IMG/VR virus record: IMGVR_UViG_3300022666_000353
Location: 1-64,000 of that record
DNA: 64,000 nt
DNA from: a virus
Reading direction: 5' to 3' (one strand)
Positions within the stretch are counted from its first letter, which is position 1. Each line of letters opens with the position of its first letter. Under the pieces are notes generated by a model that saw only the letters and a program-made list of their open reading frames with translations, had not been told where the DNA came from and did no database searches. Positions 28,238-37,249 of this stretch are shown in pieces. The position numbers were made by a program, and so were the translations under genes.

Positions 28238-28641
28238 TCCTCCTCTCTCCCGTTGAACACGTCGGCCTCGTTCTCACCTGGGTCCTCATCGAACCACTGG
28301 CTGCGAGGAGCCAGCAGTTGACCGAACCCATTGTATTCACGGCCACAGTCACAGGTGTTGGCCCACGAGCTGTCCAGCGACAGATTCCGGCCACACTGGC
28401 AGCGGATGACAGTCGGCTCCCAATAGGTCCAGCTCTCGTGCTCGATGCCGGCGTATGCGACGTTGTACTCACCCGACACACACTTGCGGTAGTTCTCCCT
28501 GGCCGGCTCGAACTCGGAGATAAAGTTACCCTGCTCATCGCACTCAAACGAGTAGGCTGCGCCTGGCGCGTCCAGGTTCAGGTACTTGTGGTACCACCGG
28601 TGCGCCGTCTCCCTGTGTCCTTGCGAAATTATCTCAGCCAT
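28231..28641 (-). CDS. Hypothetical Zn-binding protein
   Basis: CQCG...CDCG...YNGFGQLLAPRSQW. Confidence 0.8.
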   Translation of the reverse strand: MAEIISQGHRETAHRWYHKYLNLDAPGAAYSFECDEQGNFISEFEPARENYRKCVSGEYNVAYAGIEHESWTYWEPTVIRCQCGRNLSLDSSWANTCDCGREYNGFGQLLAPRSQWFDEDPGENEADVFNGREEDW

Positions 28642-28973
28642 CCAAACCTCCCTGAGTCACTGTCCACCCGGTTCAGTTTCCAGAACGGACCCCCAGGCGT
28701 CAGGCTCAACCCGTACTCACTGAAGGTTTCAAACTGCTGGATGAACCACGGGTGTACTCCGTTCTCGTAGAACCGCTTGATGTCCCGGTGAAAGAAGTCC
28801 CACTCGATGTACTCACTCTCAGCTTCATCCACACCCGCCACCCGCCGAACCAGCTTGCCCTGGCGGAAGAAGATTTCAACCGTGTCACGTGCGAACGTGT
28901 ACCCATAGGCGATACTCATGCCGTCAGGAACCTCGATGATTTGCTGCACGTCGTAAGCAAGAACTTTAGCCAT
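28629..28973 (-). CDS. Hypothetical protein
   Basis: SD GGAGGTG. Confidence 0.75.
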   Translation of the reverse strand: MAKVLAYDVQQIIEVPDGMSIAYGYTFARDTVEIFFRQGKLVRRVAGVDEAESEYIEWDFFHRDIKRFYENGVHPWFIQQFETFSEYGLSLTPGGPFWKLNRVDSDSGRFGWLR

Positions 28974-29067
28974 GTGTCACCTCCCTAGTTCGTATGATTG
29001 TCCAAAGATACAAGGACCAGGATTACCAGCACGGTGATTACCAAAGGCCACAACATCGCGCACCTCC

Positions 29068-29556
29068 CTAGTAGCGGGGTCCTCCACAGTGTTCGCAATA
29101 GACGCGCTCGTCGGGGTTCTCGTGCTCACACCACTGGCAGACGTAGTAGTTGTCGTCACCGCTCCACTTGTGGATGAACGCTACCATCGCGTCGGCCTCT
29201 GTGTCCCATGACAGGTTTCTCGACGCTACTTCCAGTGCCTTTTCTGTGGTCATCAACCCACTCAGGTATTGCTGACCAAACTCAGCCAGCCGTTCGTGCA
29301 GGTCTATACACGCAGGGCAAACCAGGTTGAGGTCGCTGTGCGCGTATATGCGAGTGCCATCGCCATGTTTGTGACTTAAGTCACCAAACTCTGACTCAAA
29401 GCTGTCACACTCGGAGCACGAACCGAACGAGCCACTCACCCAACCGTATCGACCGTTGTAGTACACCCAGGCCCACCACTCACCCTGGTATGAGCCGAAC
29501 TCCTCAAACGCCAGGACCTTTGCGCCTGCCCGTTCCAATGCTTCGCGGTATCCCAT
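29068..29556 (-). CDS. Hypothetical protein with C-terminal RanBP-type Zn finger
   Basis: GSYQGEW...FGSCSECD; CQWCEHEN...CEHCGGPR. Confidence 0.8.
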   Translation of the reverse strand: MGYREALERAGAKVLAFEEFGSYQGEWWAWVYYNGRYGWVSGSFGSCSECDSFESEFGDLSHKHGDGTRIYAHSDLNLVCPACIDLHERLAEFGQQYLSGLMTTEKALEVASRNLSWDTEADAMVAFIHKWSGDDNYYVCQWCEHENPDERVYCEHCGGPRY

Positions 29557-29567
29557 AACTCACCTCC

Positions 29568-29583
29568 AGTCTATATGTTGATT
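29568..29583. repeat. Degenerate 16-bp palindrome, copy 6
   Basis: AGTCTATATGTTGATT abutting SD GGAGG. Confidence 0.6.
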
Positions 29584-29599
29584 AATTTATATAGCGTGG

Positions 29600-29905
29600 T
29601 TACAGGTACTCAGCTTCACCAGCCGCCCGCTTACGTTCGACCTGGCTGCTGCGCTGCAACATCACGGTTTTGACCCGCATCGTGCGGGGGTCAACACAGG
29701 CCAGCACTGTGTCTCCGTTCGACCCATCTGGCAGGCATATCTTGCCTGAAAACGTCTTCACAATGACCATGACCTGACAAGACTGTGACTGAGAAATCAC
29801 GTCCTCGTTCCGGCGTACCGCTTCCAACACCTCAGTCGCGGTGACCACGCCCCTACTCTGAATTTGTTCGCTTGCATGTAACGTCAATTCAATCATCTTC
29901 CACAC
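29600..29905 (-). CDS. DUF4258/RelE-like small RNase-fold protein
   Basis: LTLHASEQIQSRGV...EV...VKTVM pattern. Confidence 0.5.
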   Translation of the reverse strand: MWKMIELTLHASEQIQSRGVVTATEVLEAVRRNEDVISQSQSCQVMVIVKTFSGKICLPDGSNGDTVLACVDPRTMRVKTVMLQRSSQVERKRAAGEAEYL

Positions 29906-29921
29906 TCCTTGCGCTTATATT

Positions 29922-29949
29922 ATTATAGCGTGGATACACTAAATGTCAA
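29922..29949 (-). promoter_or_regulatory. sigma70-type promoter
   Basis: TTGACA-16-TATAAT. Confidence 0.75.
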
Positions 29950-30496
29950 GCATCAGTTGACCACTCCTGCGGGACAAATTTCTGACAACCGACCAGACTA
30001 CGGCCTGAAAGGCAGCCGGCTCCATACCTACCAGCGCAGCCGCCTCACGATACCCCTGCGCTATCCGGTGATACTTATACCTGGAGCAGTTGACCGGTCC
30101 ACGCACTCGACCCTCCCAGGCCCGGATGGCCCAGGTGTCAACCACAACCACGCGCTCTGTGTTGTGTGGGTCGTACAGCGACCAGGCAAACCTGGTGACC
30201 TTTGGCCCACGCAGGGCCCCCAGGTCGCCGGCCAAAATGCGCCGTGCCTTTTCCTGGTTGGCACTGAAGGCAATGCGGCACCTGCCGTGTCGCACCATCT
30301 CCTCAGCGATAGAGATGTTCTGTTCCCAGCGTGTGAGGGGTGACAACACAGCCACCACCCACACAAACGTCTTGAAATCCACACCACAGCGTGTCGCTGC
30401 GTATCGGCACTCCTCGTGAGCCTGCCGGTACCAGTCCACCTGAGACAGCTCCATGTTGGTAGCCATCCCGTAAAACATCAGTAGGTTGTCAATCAC
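29939..30496 (-). CDS. HhH-glycosylase-like phage protein
   Basis: WY..AH, VAVLSP..W..N, GPKV..F, VVVDTWA, FQAVVW. Confidence 0.6.
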   Translation of the reverse strand: MIDNLLMFYGMATNMELSQVDWYRQAHEECRYAATRCGVDFKTFVWVVAVLSPLTRWEQNISIAEEMVRHGRCRIAFSANQEKARRILAGDLGALRGPKVTRFAWSLYDPHNTERVVVVDTWAIRAWEGRVRGPVNCSRYKYHRIAQGYREAAALVGMEPAAFQAVVWSVVRNLSRRSGQLMLDI

Positions 30497-30547
30497 TGTA
30501 CACCTCCAAAATCTAGCGGGGCCGGCTGTTACACCGACCCCGTTCTA

Positions 30548-30913
30548 TTACGCGAACACCCCTTGCAGTTCGCGCTCCAGTTCGGCCCAGTCCTCGGGAC
30601 CAAAGACCACGTAGGCGGACCAGCGTCCTCCGCACACAGTCTCAATAGCCACCGACTCTTGCTTGTTCGCAGCTTGCAGCCAGCGGGCCAGCTTGAGCAC
30701 CTTGCGGATGGTGACCCAGTCGTCGGTCCACACTTCGACCTTGACGCAGGGCTCCCGGTCGGTCTGCCCATTGTCCTCGCGGATGTAGGTACCGTAGCGC
30801 ACCGTCTGGGTCGTGTAACCCATCAGCCGCTCGAATAGGCACACGAAGCGGTCGCGCTCCGCCTGTGTGTGACCACACACCGCCACAGCAACCCCGCAGT
30901 TGAACTTCAGCAC
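30548..30913 (-). CDS. Ferredoxin-fold protein, SAM-lyase/DUF3574-like
   Basis: GYT...GTY..E...REP.V.V...QESVAI. Confidence 0.5.
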   Translation of the reverse strand: MLKFNCGVAVAVCGHTQAERDRFVCLFERLMGYTTQTVRYGTYIREDNGQTDREPCVKVEVWTDDWVTIRKVLKLARWLQAANKQESVAIETVCGGRWSAYVVFGPEDWAELERELQGVFA

Positions 30914-31001
30914 TATTCACCTCCACGTTCAGACAGGACAAACAACAGGATGCCCAGGCAAATACCCAGGCATAACACAACGATTGCCCACGTCCCAAAC
31001 A

Positions 31002-31199
31002 TCACAGCACCTCCTCGGTCACCTCAAAACATCGGCCACCCAGCCCGTTGAAAACGACCCGGCAGGCACCTACGTTCTGACCTGCCGCTAACAACACACC
31101 GGTACCCGCCCCTCCACAGGGCCAGCACAGTTGGTACCCGTTAATCCACAACCAGACGGACAGGTCCGCCTGACACAGAAACCAGCGGATTTTGACCAT
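31002..31199 (-). CDS. Hypothetical protein
   Basis: SD GGAGG. Confidence 0.55.
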   Translation of the reverse strand: MVKIRWFLCQADLSVWLWINGYQLCWPCGGAGTGVLLAAGQNVGACRVVFNGLGGRCFEVTEEVL

Positions 31200-31319
31200 A
31201 CCCACCTCCAGGTTCTCTAATCCGGTTACTCCGCTACAGGGCAGAACCAGTACCCTGTAGCCGAGTGGGGACCCTTGCCGAAGGGGTCCCCTATTCAGTT
31301 GGCCGTGCCTACGGGGACG

Positions 31320-31553
31320 TTACGCCTTGCGACCCACGTAGACGTTGCCCTTCAGGCCCCCCGGCAGTGCCTGGAAGCCACCGGTCGAGGCGATACCAGC
31401 CATCTTGCCGCTGCTGCTGGGGCCGATGTCCTTGGTCGTGTCGGTCACCAGCACCAGCAGGTCGCCTACCTGGACAGCCAGCAGGTTCTCACCAGCGGGG
31501 ACAGCCTTGCTCAGGTCGATGGTCAGGGTTACAGGGGTGTTCTTAGTAGCCAT
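31320..31553 (-). CDS. Small beta-rich protein (paralog of C-terminus of 32184-32612)
   Basis: GPSSSGKM..IASTGGF..LP.GL.GNVYVG. Confidence 0.75.
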   Translation of the reverse strand: MATKNTPVTLTIDLSKAVPAGENLLAVQVGDLLVLVTDTTKDIGPSSSGKMAGIASTGGFQALPGGLKGNVYVGRKA

Positions 31554-31676
31554 GTGTATCCTCCAGATACGAGTTGGTTCCTGGCAGAATTACCAGGTGA
31601 CAGGGGGGAACCTGTGTCCCCTCTCACCTGGCAGGGACCCCCGGTGCTTCAGGGGTCCCTACAACCGGGTCTATAC

Positions 31677-31862
31677 CTATAGCGGTCCGAATACTAAAAC
31701 AGTACCTATGATGACAGCACACACCAGGGCAACTTTCAGGCTGTACGTGGCGAGGTAGGCCACTAAAACCAGGGCAACCCCCGCCCATGTAAACGGGGCG
31801 GGTACCGCCAGGGCGACGACAATCAGGGCAATTAGGGTCAGTACATGCTTGTTCAGTTTCAC
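31677..31862 (-). CDS. Small membrane protein
   Basis: Almost entirely hydrophobic; SD GGAGG. Confidence 0.65.
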   Translation of the reverse strand: MKLNKHVLTLIALIVVALAVPAPFTWAGVALVLVAYLATYSLKVALVCAVIIGTVLVFGPL

Positions 31863-32183
31863 GATAACCTCCAGAGTTACATAACAGGATGCCAAGTAGA
31901 CACCTCACAGGCGGGCCGGTTGTCGTTCCGTGGCGACCCTACTGTGTCTTGCTGTGCCCTCCGTCACTAGCTGTGTGTGACGGCATCGCGGCCTTTGACC
32001 CACGTTTGCTAAACGGGGTGGGTATCCGCCGATACCCACGGGTTCCCTGAGTGCTGATGGAGCATAATTAACCCTTTCTCTTGACCGCCACTGCGGCCTA
32101 ATGCCTCTCCATCACAGGGCTGGCACAAACCGGCCCTGGTGATTAGCCAGGGCCTTGTTACCGGTACGCGGGGCTGAGCTGGG

Positions 32184-32612
32184 TTACTTGCGTAACCCTA
32201 CCCAGATATTCCCTTCGATGCCGTTCGGCAGTTCGCAGAACCCGTGGGTATTACCCAGCGCCATGAACTTGCCGGACTTCGAGTCCCCTACGGGGGCGTT
32301 CAGGTCGATGGTCAGGATGAGCTTGCCATCCCGGATTTCAGCGGTGACGTTGTCACCGACCTTCTTGGCCGGGGCGCTCTTGGCACACAGTGCGGCCTTG
32401 CGGGATGCGGCGGCCTTACGGGCGGCCTCTTCGGCACTCCGCTTGAGCTGCTCTAACTCAGCCTGTGCGTTCTTGGCAGCAGCTACAGCCAGCGCCAGGC
32501 GCTCTTCGGCCTCTTTGACGGGGTCAATCTTGGACTTGGCCCACTCAGCTTCGCGCTGGGCACGATACAAACCAGACTGGATAGAATTGGTGGGGTTAGA
32601 TTTCTTAGACAT
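32184..32612 (-). CDS. Coiled-coil plus small beta domain (paralog of 31320-31553)
   Basis: LTIDL...GDSKSGKF..LGNTHGF..LP.GI.GNIWVG; SD AAGGAG. Confidence 0.8.
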   Translation of the reverse strand: MSKKSNPTNSIQSGLYRAQREAEWAKSKIDPVKEAEERLALAVAAAKNAQAELEQLKRSAEEAARKAAASRKAALCAKSAPAKKVGDNVTAEIRDGKLILTIDLNAPVGDSKSGKFMALGNTHGFCELPNGIEGNIWVGLRK

Positions 32613-33409
32613 TTCGAGCTCTCCTTTTGTTTGCATAGTTTCGGTCCTGCTGGGACCATCATCAGTCAAGCGACACAGCTTGAGACTATATCCCGCCCAT
32701 TGGGTTGGTGCGCGGGGGATTATGGCGCAAGGCATACCTTGCGTTGAATTGGTATAGGGTCAGTGTTTCACTAGCTCATATCGTCACAGAGTCCATCGTT
32801 CACGCGAGTTTCCCCGCCGCCGCCCGCCGCGCTCTTGTGTATCCCTACGGGTGCATACATTACCGCCTTGCGTGCTTTGCGATTTTACGGATTTACGCGA
32901 TATTCTCAGCGCAATCTATGAGATAGCTAAACTGTCGCCCATGCTCACACCCTACGATGCAAGCCATATTCAGAATGAGCCGCGTGTCGGGTCAGTCCTT
33001 CGAACGCCCCGCTATGAAAGCTCATCACTATGTCAAGGTTCAGCCGGGAATTTCACCCCGTTCACTGGTATGCCAGTGAGAAAAAATCTGATACGCGCAA
33101 AAGATATAAATATGTCAGGCAAGCTCCTCTGTTCTGTGGTGGTCGGCGGTGGTGTTTCCCGCTCACACTCATAATAGTAGTCATAAACTGCCATATTTTC
33201 ACTTTTATTTTCGGGTTTATTGCCAGTTTATTTTTATAGCGCAACTACGTCAAAAAGCGTTTTTTATTTCCGAATCCGACATGTTTTTATTATATTTACG
33301 TCGAAAGTTGGGATTTTACCGACCGGACGCTTTGGGGCTAATTACCTCAACTCCTATCGTACATCCCCCCGTTTTACCCTGTCCTATAAACCTACACACC
33401 CCCCACAAA

Positions 33410-33433
33410 TAAAAAGACCCCTCATCGGGGTCT
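33410..33433 (-). terminator. Intrinsic terminator
   Basis: AGACCCC-tcatc-GGGGTCT with A-run on plus strand. Confidence 0.7.
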
Positions 33434-33755
33434 AGTCTGTCTGCGTATAAAAGAAACCTCTGCCTCCCGCCTTTTCGGCCCACCTCCTTGCTGGCGCTGT
33501 GACTAACACGTAGGGCATCGTCCCTGGTCGTAGGAGGGGTTCATCTTCCACAATCCCGTCCTCGATAAACCAGGTCTCTTCCCACTCTCGCTTAAGGAAC
33601 CTGATTGTCACAGGGGTATCATCTATAGGGTACCGCCCGATTTCCAGGTCCGGCAGCTCATCATCCGGTATGTTCAGTTTAAAAATGAAGTAGTTACGGT
33701 ATTCGTTTTCCGTGCCTATGAAAATACTGAAGTCGTTTTGAAAAAGAGTGTCCAT
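33432..33755 (-). CDS. Hypothetical protein
   Basis: 107-aa ORF downstream of the MTase. Confidence 0.65.
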   Translation of the reverse strand: MDTLFQNDFSIFIGTENEYRNYFIFKLNIPDDELPDLEIGRYPIDDTPVTIRFLKREWEETWFIEDGIVEDEPLLRPGTMPYVLVTAPARRWAEKAGGRGFFYTQTD

Positions 33756-33779
33756 AATTTTTTTATTTTATTTTAAATT

Positions 33780-35438
33780 TTAAAACCCAAGGGTACCCTG
33801 CTCTGTCTCTGTGTCCTTTTTTACCTTCTGGGCCTTTTTAAAGGAGCCTGTGGTCGGAGGCATTTTTACTTCTACTCCGCTCAGTATATCTTCAACGGTC
33901 AGTATCTGTATACGGGGATAGTCTTTTTGCCAGAGCTCTGACCGGTAGAAGCCAGCAGTCGCAGCCTCTTTGGTCATCTCACCCGTGGGAGCTTCAAGAG
34001 TGACAAATACCCCGATACAGGCGTCAGGTTCCCGTGAAAGAACGCCTACCAAATCTCGGATGTCTCCGCTCTTTACGTGTCCAGATTTCACCTGGACCAG
34101 AACCCGTTTGGCCTTTTTACTGGCGTCATCTATGAAGGTAATCACGCCGTCGATACCTTTATCTGAACCTTTCTTCCCCTTCTTGTCGCCTTCACTGCCG
34201 CCCAACGGCCTGGCCTGTATTAGTGACAGCGCCCACCACTGGAACTGGTAGCGGTCTTCCTGGGCCAACTGCCGGGCTGCGCCCAGGTCTTCCGGTTCGC
34301 CAATCACATCATAGTCCTTGCATGGCACCAGGTCATACATATCTTTGAGCCGGAGTTTGTGCATGGCAATCGCCAGATGGGTGATGTCAATGCCAATCCA
34401 CTTGCGGCCCAATTTCTGTGCCGCTGCAATTGCGGTTCCACAGCCGGAGAATGGGTCGAGCACAATGTCCCCTTCATTGCTCGACGCCTGGATGACGCGC
34501 TCCAGGAGCACAAGGGGTTTCTGGGTAGGATAACCTAAACGTTCTGCCGCTTGTGCGCCAATAGGAGGTATGTCTAATAGAATATCTTGCAGGGCTATAC
34601 CTTTAACCTCATCCAAGTACCGCTTGTAAGCAGGGACCCCCCCTTTCGGAGGCCAATAGATTCTCCCCTTTTTATCCAGTTCTTCGAGGTTTTCAATGGT
34701 ATATTTCCAGTGGTTACCCTTTGCAGTTACATCAACGCCTCTCCATGACTCTCCTGAAGACCCGTGTCTAATTCCAGCCGCAGTCAGGTCACTCAGTCGG
34801 TAACGCCTTCCTTCGGTGTCAACATGCCGATAGAACTTCTCTACATAATCCGGGTCATGTGGAGTGAATTGCGGGTTCCATGTAAAGTCGCCCGATTTAC
34901 TAAAGAACAACAATACATCGTGTACCGGGCCGTATCTTTTAGCTGAACTGTGGGCACTGGTCCGCTTCCAACAAATCTCATTTTGAAAATTCTGGACGCC
35001 AAACACTGTGTCTAGAATTATTTTTAAATAGTGACTCGCTGTAGGGTCACAGTGCAGGTAAAGACTTCCAGTTGGCTTCAATACCCGATGTAGCTCTACT
35101 AAACGAGCAGCCATCATCACCAGGTAGGCCATCATCTGGTTCGACCCAATAAACTGGCGCATGGCACTTATCATGGTGCTTACCTGAGGGTTGGAACTTT
35201 CAATAAGTTCGCTATAAATACTTTCTGCGGATTGGCCCCAGTGCCAGGAATCATCGAAGGCCGTGATTTGCGACTCGGAATCATGACCGCTTTCATCTTT
35301 GAATAAAACATTGTAAGAACGGCTGGAGTTGAAAGGCGGGTCCAGATAAATTAAATCTATACTTTCGTCAGGGATGTATTCCCGCAGGATACCAAGATTG
35401 TCCCCATAGAACAAAGTATTATTTTGTATGTGTTTCAC
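33780..35438 (-). CDS. Beta-class N4/N6 DNA methyltransferase fused to C-terminal Mrr-like nuclease domain
   Basis: YLDPPF, YPTQKP, LDPFSGCGT; C-terminal DKGIDG...VQVKSG. Confidence 0.9.
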   Translation of the reverse strand: MKHIQNNTLFYGDNLGILREYIPDESIDLIYLDPPFNSSRSYNVLFKDESGHDSESQITAFDDSWHWGQSAESIYSELIESSNPQVSTMISAMRQFIGSNQMMAYLVMMAARLVELHRVLKPTGSLYLHCDPTASHYLKIILDTVFGVQNFQNEICWKRTSAHSSAKRYGPVHDVLLFFSKSGDFTWNPQFTPHDPDYVEKFYRHVDTEGRRYRLSDLTAAGIRHGSSGESWRGVDVTAKGNHWKYTIENLEELDKKGRIYWPPKGGVPAYKRYLDEVKGIALQDILLDIPPIGAQAAERLGYPTQKPLVLLERVIQASSNEGDIVLDPFSGCGTAIAAAQKLGRKWIGIDITHLAIAMHKLRLKDMYDLVPCKDYDVIGEPEDLGAARQLAQEDRYQFQWWALSLIQARPLGGSEGDKKGKKGSDKGIDGVITFIDDASKKAKRVLVQVKSGHVKSGDIRDLVGVLSREPDACIGVFVTLEAPTGEMTKEAATAGFYRSELWQKDYPRIQILTVEDILSGVEVKMPPTTGSFKKAQKVKKDTETEQGTLGF

Positions 35439-35630
35439 TGTGGTCTCCGGGTTGTTTGGACGAGTTACGTTATTCTACATCATTTCTACAGTATACATAA
35501 TAAAACTTGAACCGGATACCCAAATAAAAAAGCCCCTGGTTTCCCAAGGGCTTCTTGTTGTTTATTTCTAAGAGGACTTCCCGGAGTCTTTTCACATGGA
35601 AACACTTCTCCCCACACCATTCTTCCGTTC

Positions 35631-35639
35631 TGCTATAAT
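35631..35639 (+). promoter_or_regulatory. Extended -10 promoter for moron gene
   Basis: TGcTATAAT 20 bp upstream of ATG. Confidence 0.6.
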
Positions 35640-35658
35640 TACATAAAAGAGGTTTCCC

Positions 35659-36438
35659 ATGTCAAATGAGTTATTTCTACCATCAGGTATTGTCAAACAC
35701 TACCGCAAGTATTTTACTCTTAATGAGGAAGCTCTCCGCCGCTTCCAGGCTATTCTCGAACGGGCAGGAAATGAAATATCAGAAGACGCTGTTGTTATAT
35801 TTTACGTAGAGCGTGAAGATAGCCGTTTTTACAACACACAAGATATTCAAGAGGTGCTGTCTGACCCTAACGTCAAGAACCGTCGTGTATCCGAGGTCCA
35901 TATCGAATTGGTAGACAGAGCCACAAACAATATCATCGTCGTGTTTATACAATTTATAAGCAAGTATCGAGTGAATGATTTTTTTGGTTACGAAAGTCGC
36001 GTGGTTTTCAAGATATACAACGACAATAAAAACTGGGCTTTGCTTCTTTCGGATGAGTTAGAGCCGCAGCTACAACGCACGTTTAAACCAAAAGGTATCC
36101 CAAGTTGGCTGTTATTACTATTTATTGTACCGTTTGGATTGACGACTGTAAAATGGATTGTTCTAAATAACGAATATTTACAATTGCCTGTTAGCTTGAT
36201 TATGCCAATTACCGCCATGTTTGTGGTGTTCGCTACTACAACGGTGCTATTGAGCTTAGGTAATATAAAAAACTTATATAAGCAGTTATTTGGGCCAGAA
36301 TCAAGTTTTCTGTGGGGGGACGCAGCGATAGACTATATACAACGAGAGAAAAATCGAAGCAACCTTACCTGGGTGGTTATAGTCGGGTTGTTAGTATCCT
36401 TGGTCGCAAGCCTTTTGTATACTTTTTTAGTTGCGTAA
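35659..36438 (+). CDS. AT-rich membrane protein (3 C-terminal TM), moron-like
   Basis: Opposite strand, own promoter and terminator, low GC. Confidence 0.8.
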   Translation: MSNELFLPSGIVKHYRKYFTLNEEALRRFQAILERAGNEISEDAVVIFYVEREDSRFYNTQDIQEVLSDPNVKNRRVSEVHIELVDRATNNIIVVFIQFISKYRVNDFFGYESRVVFKIYNDNKNWALLLSDELEPQLQRTFKPKGIPSWLLLLFIVPFGLTTVKWIVLNNEYLQLPVSLIMPITAMFVVFATTTVLLSLGNIKNLYKQLFGPESSFLWGDAAIDYIQREKNRSNLTWVVIVGLLVSLVASLLYTFLVA

Positions 36439-36775
36439 AACAAAAAAGCCCCCGGTCTCCCAGGGGCTCTTTCTGTTCGTCTTCTACGTGGACATCGCGT
36501 CGTCGTTTCTTGTGATTATATTTGTCACTGTGACACATATAGCAGGCGTGGCGGTGACCCGACAGATGGCGTTTTTCGTACCACCAGTCGGGGGGTTCTT
36601 CATCCCCCCAGTAGCCCACGCGGACGGCTTCCCGCTTTCTCCGCAGACTAACCCGCTGTGTCCTTCGTCTGCGTTCTCTTCTGTCCACGTGTAGACCTCC
36701 TATTCGGTAATATTGCTCTTTTGGCCTTTCTTCGGGTCGGGGGTTTGCGTTCTCCCACAAGATGAAGTCCCCCAC
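36377..36775 (-). CDS. Arg-rich hypothetical protein
   Basis: Basic, CYMC motif; boundaries uncertain because of overlaps. Confidence 0.45.
   Translation of the reverse strand: MGDFILWENANPRPEERPKEQYYRIGGLHVDRRERRRRTQRVSLRRKREAVRVGYWGDEEPPDWWYEKRHLSGHRHACYMCHSDKYNHKKRRRDVHVEDEQKEPLGDRGLFCFTQLKKYTKGLRPRILTTRL
36442..36472. terminator. Probable bidirectional terminator
   Basis: AAAAAA-GCCCC-loop-GGGGCT-CTTT. Confidence 0.65.
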
Positions 36776-37007
36776 CTACCGGCTCTGGCAGTACAAGATT
36801 TTCTATCAGAGCCTTTCCCAACCGTGCCGCCGCGGTTACTTTATTCACAAAGTCCACACTGTCATCTACAGTCGTGGTGTCATCACCCGGGACAACGGGC
36901 CCGGATAGTATGTCTATTGTCTCTTGGTAACTTAGTTGCCCAAGATAGAACATTTGGGACACAGCGAGAAGGCGTGCCACTCTAAGTCGGGGTAAATCAG
37001 CGTTCAC
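36648..37007 (-). CDS. Hypothetical protein
   Basis: GTGA coupling with upstream gene. Confidence 0.5.
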   Translation of the reverse strand: MNADLPRLRVARLLAVSQMFYLGQLSYQETIDILSGPVVPGDDTTTVDDSVDFVNKVTAAARLGKALIENLVLPEPVGGGLHLVGERKPPTRRKAKRAILPNRRSTRGQKRTQTKDTAG

Positions 37008-37249
37008 AGTTTCTTTATTGTCCACCCAATACTGTGCCCGTCTACCCACTGTCGGCTCTCCAGAACAGGCACGTTGTCAAACTGAAACACGACAACACCA
37101 TCCCACGGCCTGCGCTCGAAGCTGACCATCCGCTGTGACCATTCTTGCATTGAGCCACATTGTTCAAAGTACGGTTTAAGCGCCTCCTCAATTGCCTGGT
37201 AGTGCGCGGCCCGATGCTCGTATACCTGTTCCAAGAAGCTGTCAAACAT
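37004..37249 (-). CDS. Hypothetical protein
   Basis: TAATG coupling with endolysin. Confidence 0.65.
   Translation of the reverse strand: MFDSFLEQVYEHRAAHYQAIEEALKPYFEQCGSMQEWSQRMVSFERRPWDGVVVFQFDNVPVLESRQWVDGHSIGWTIKKL

Noticed and set aside
11652-29583. CRISPR array from the repeated palindromes
   Set aside because: Copies are 16 bp, kilobases apart, with no regular spacers and no cas genes
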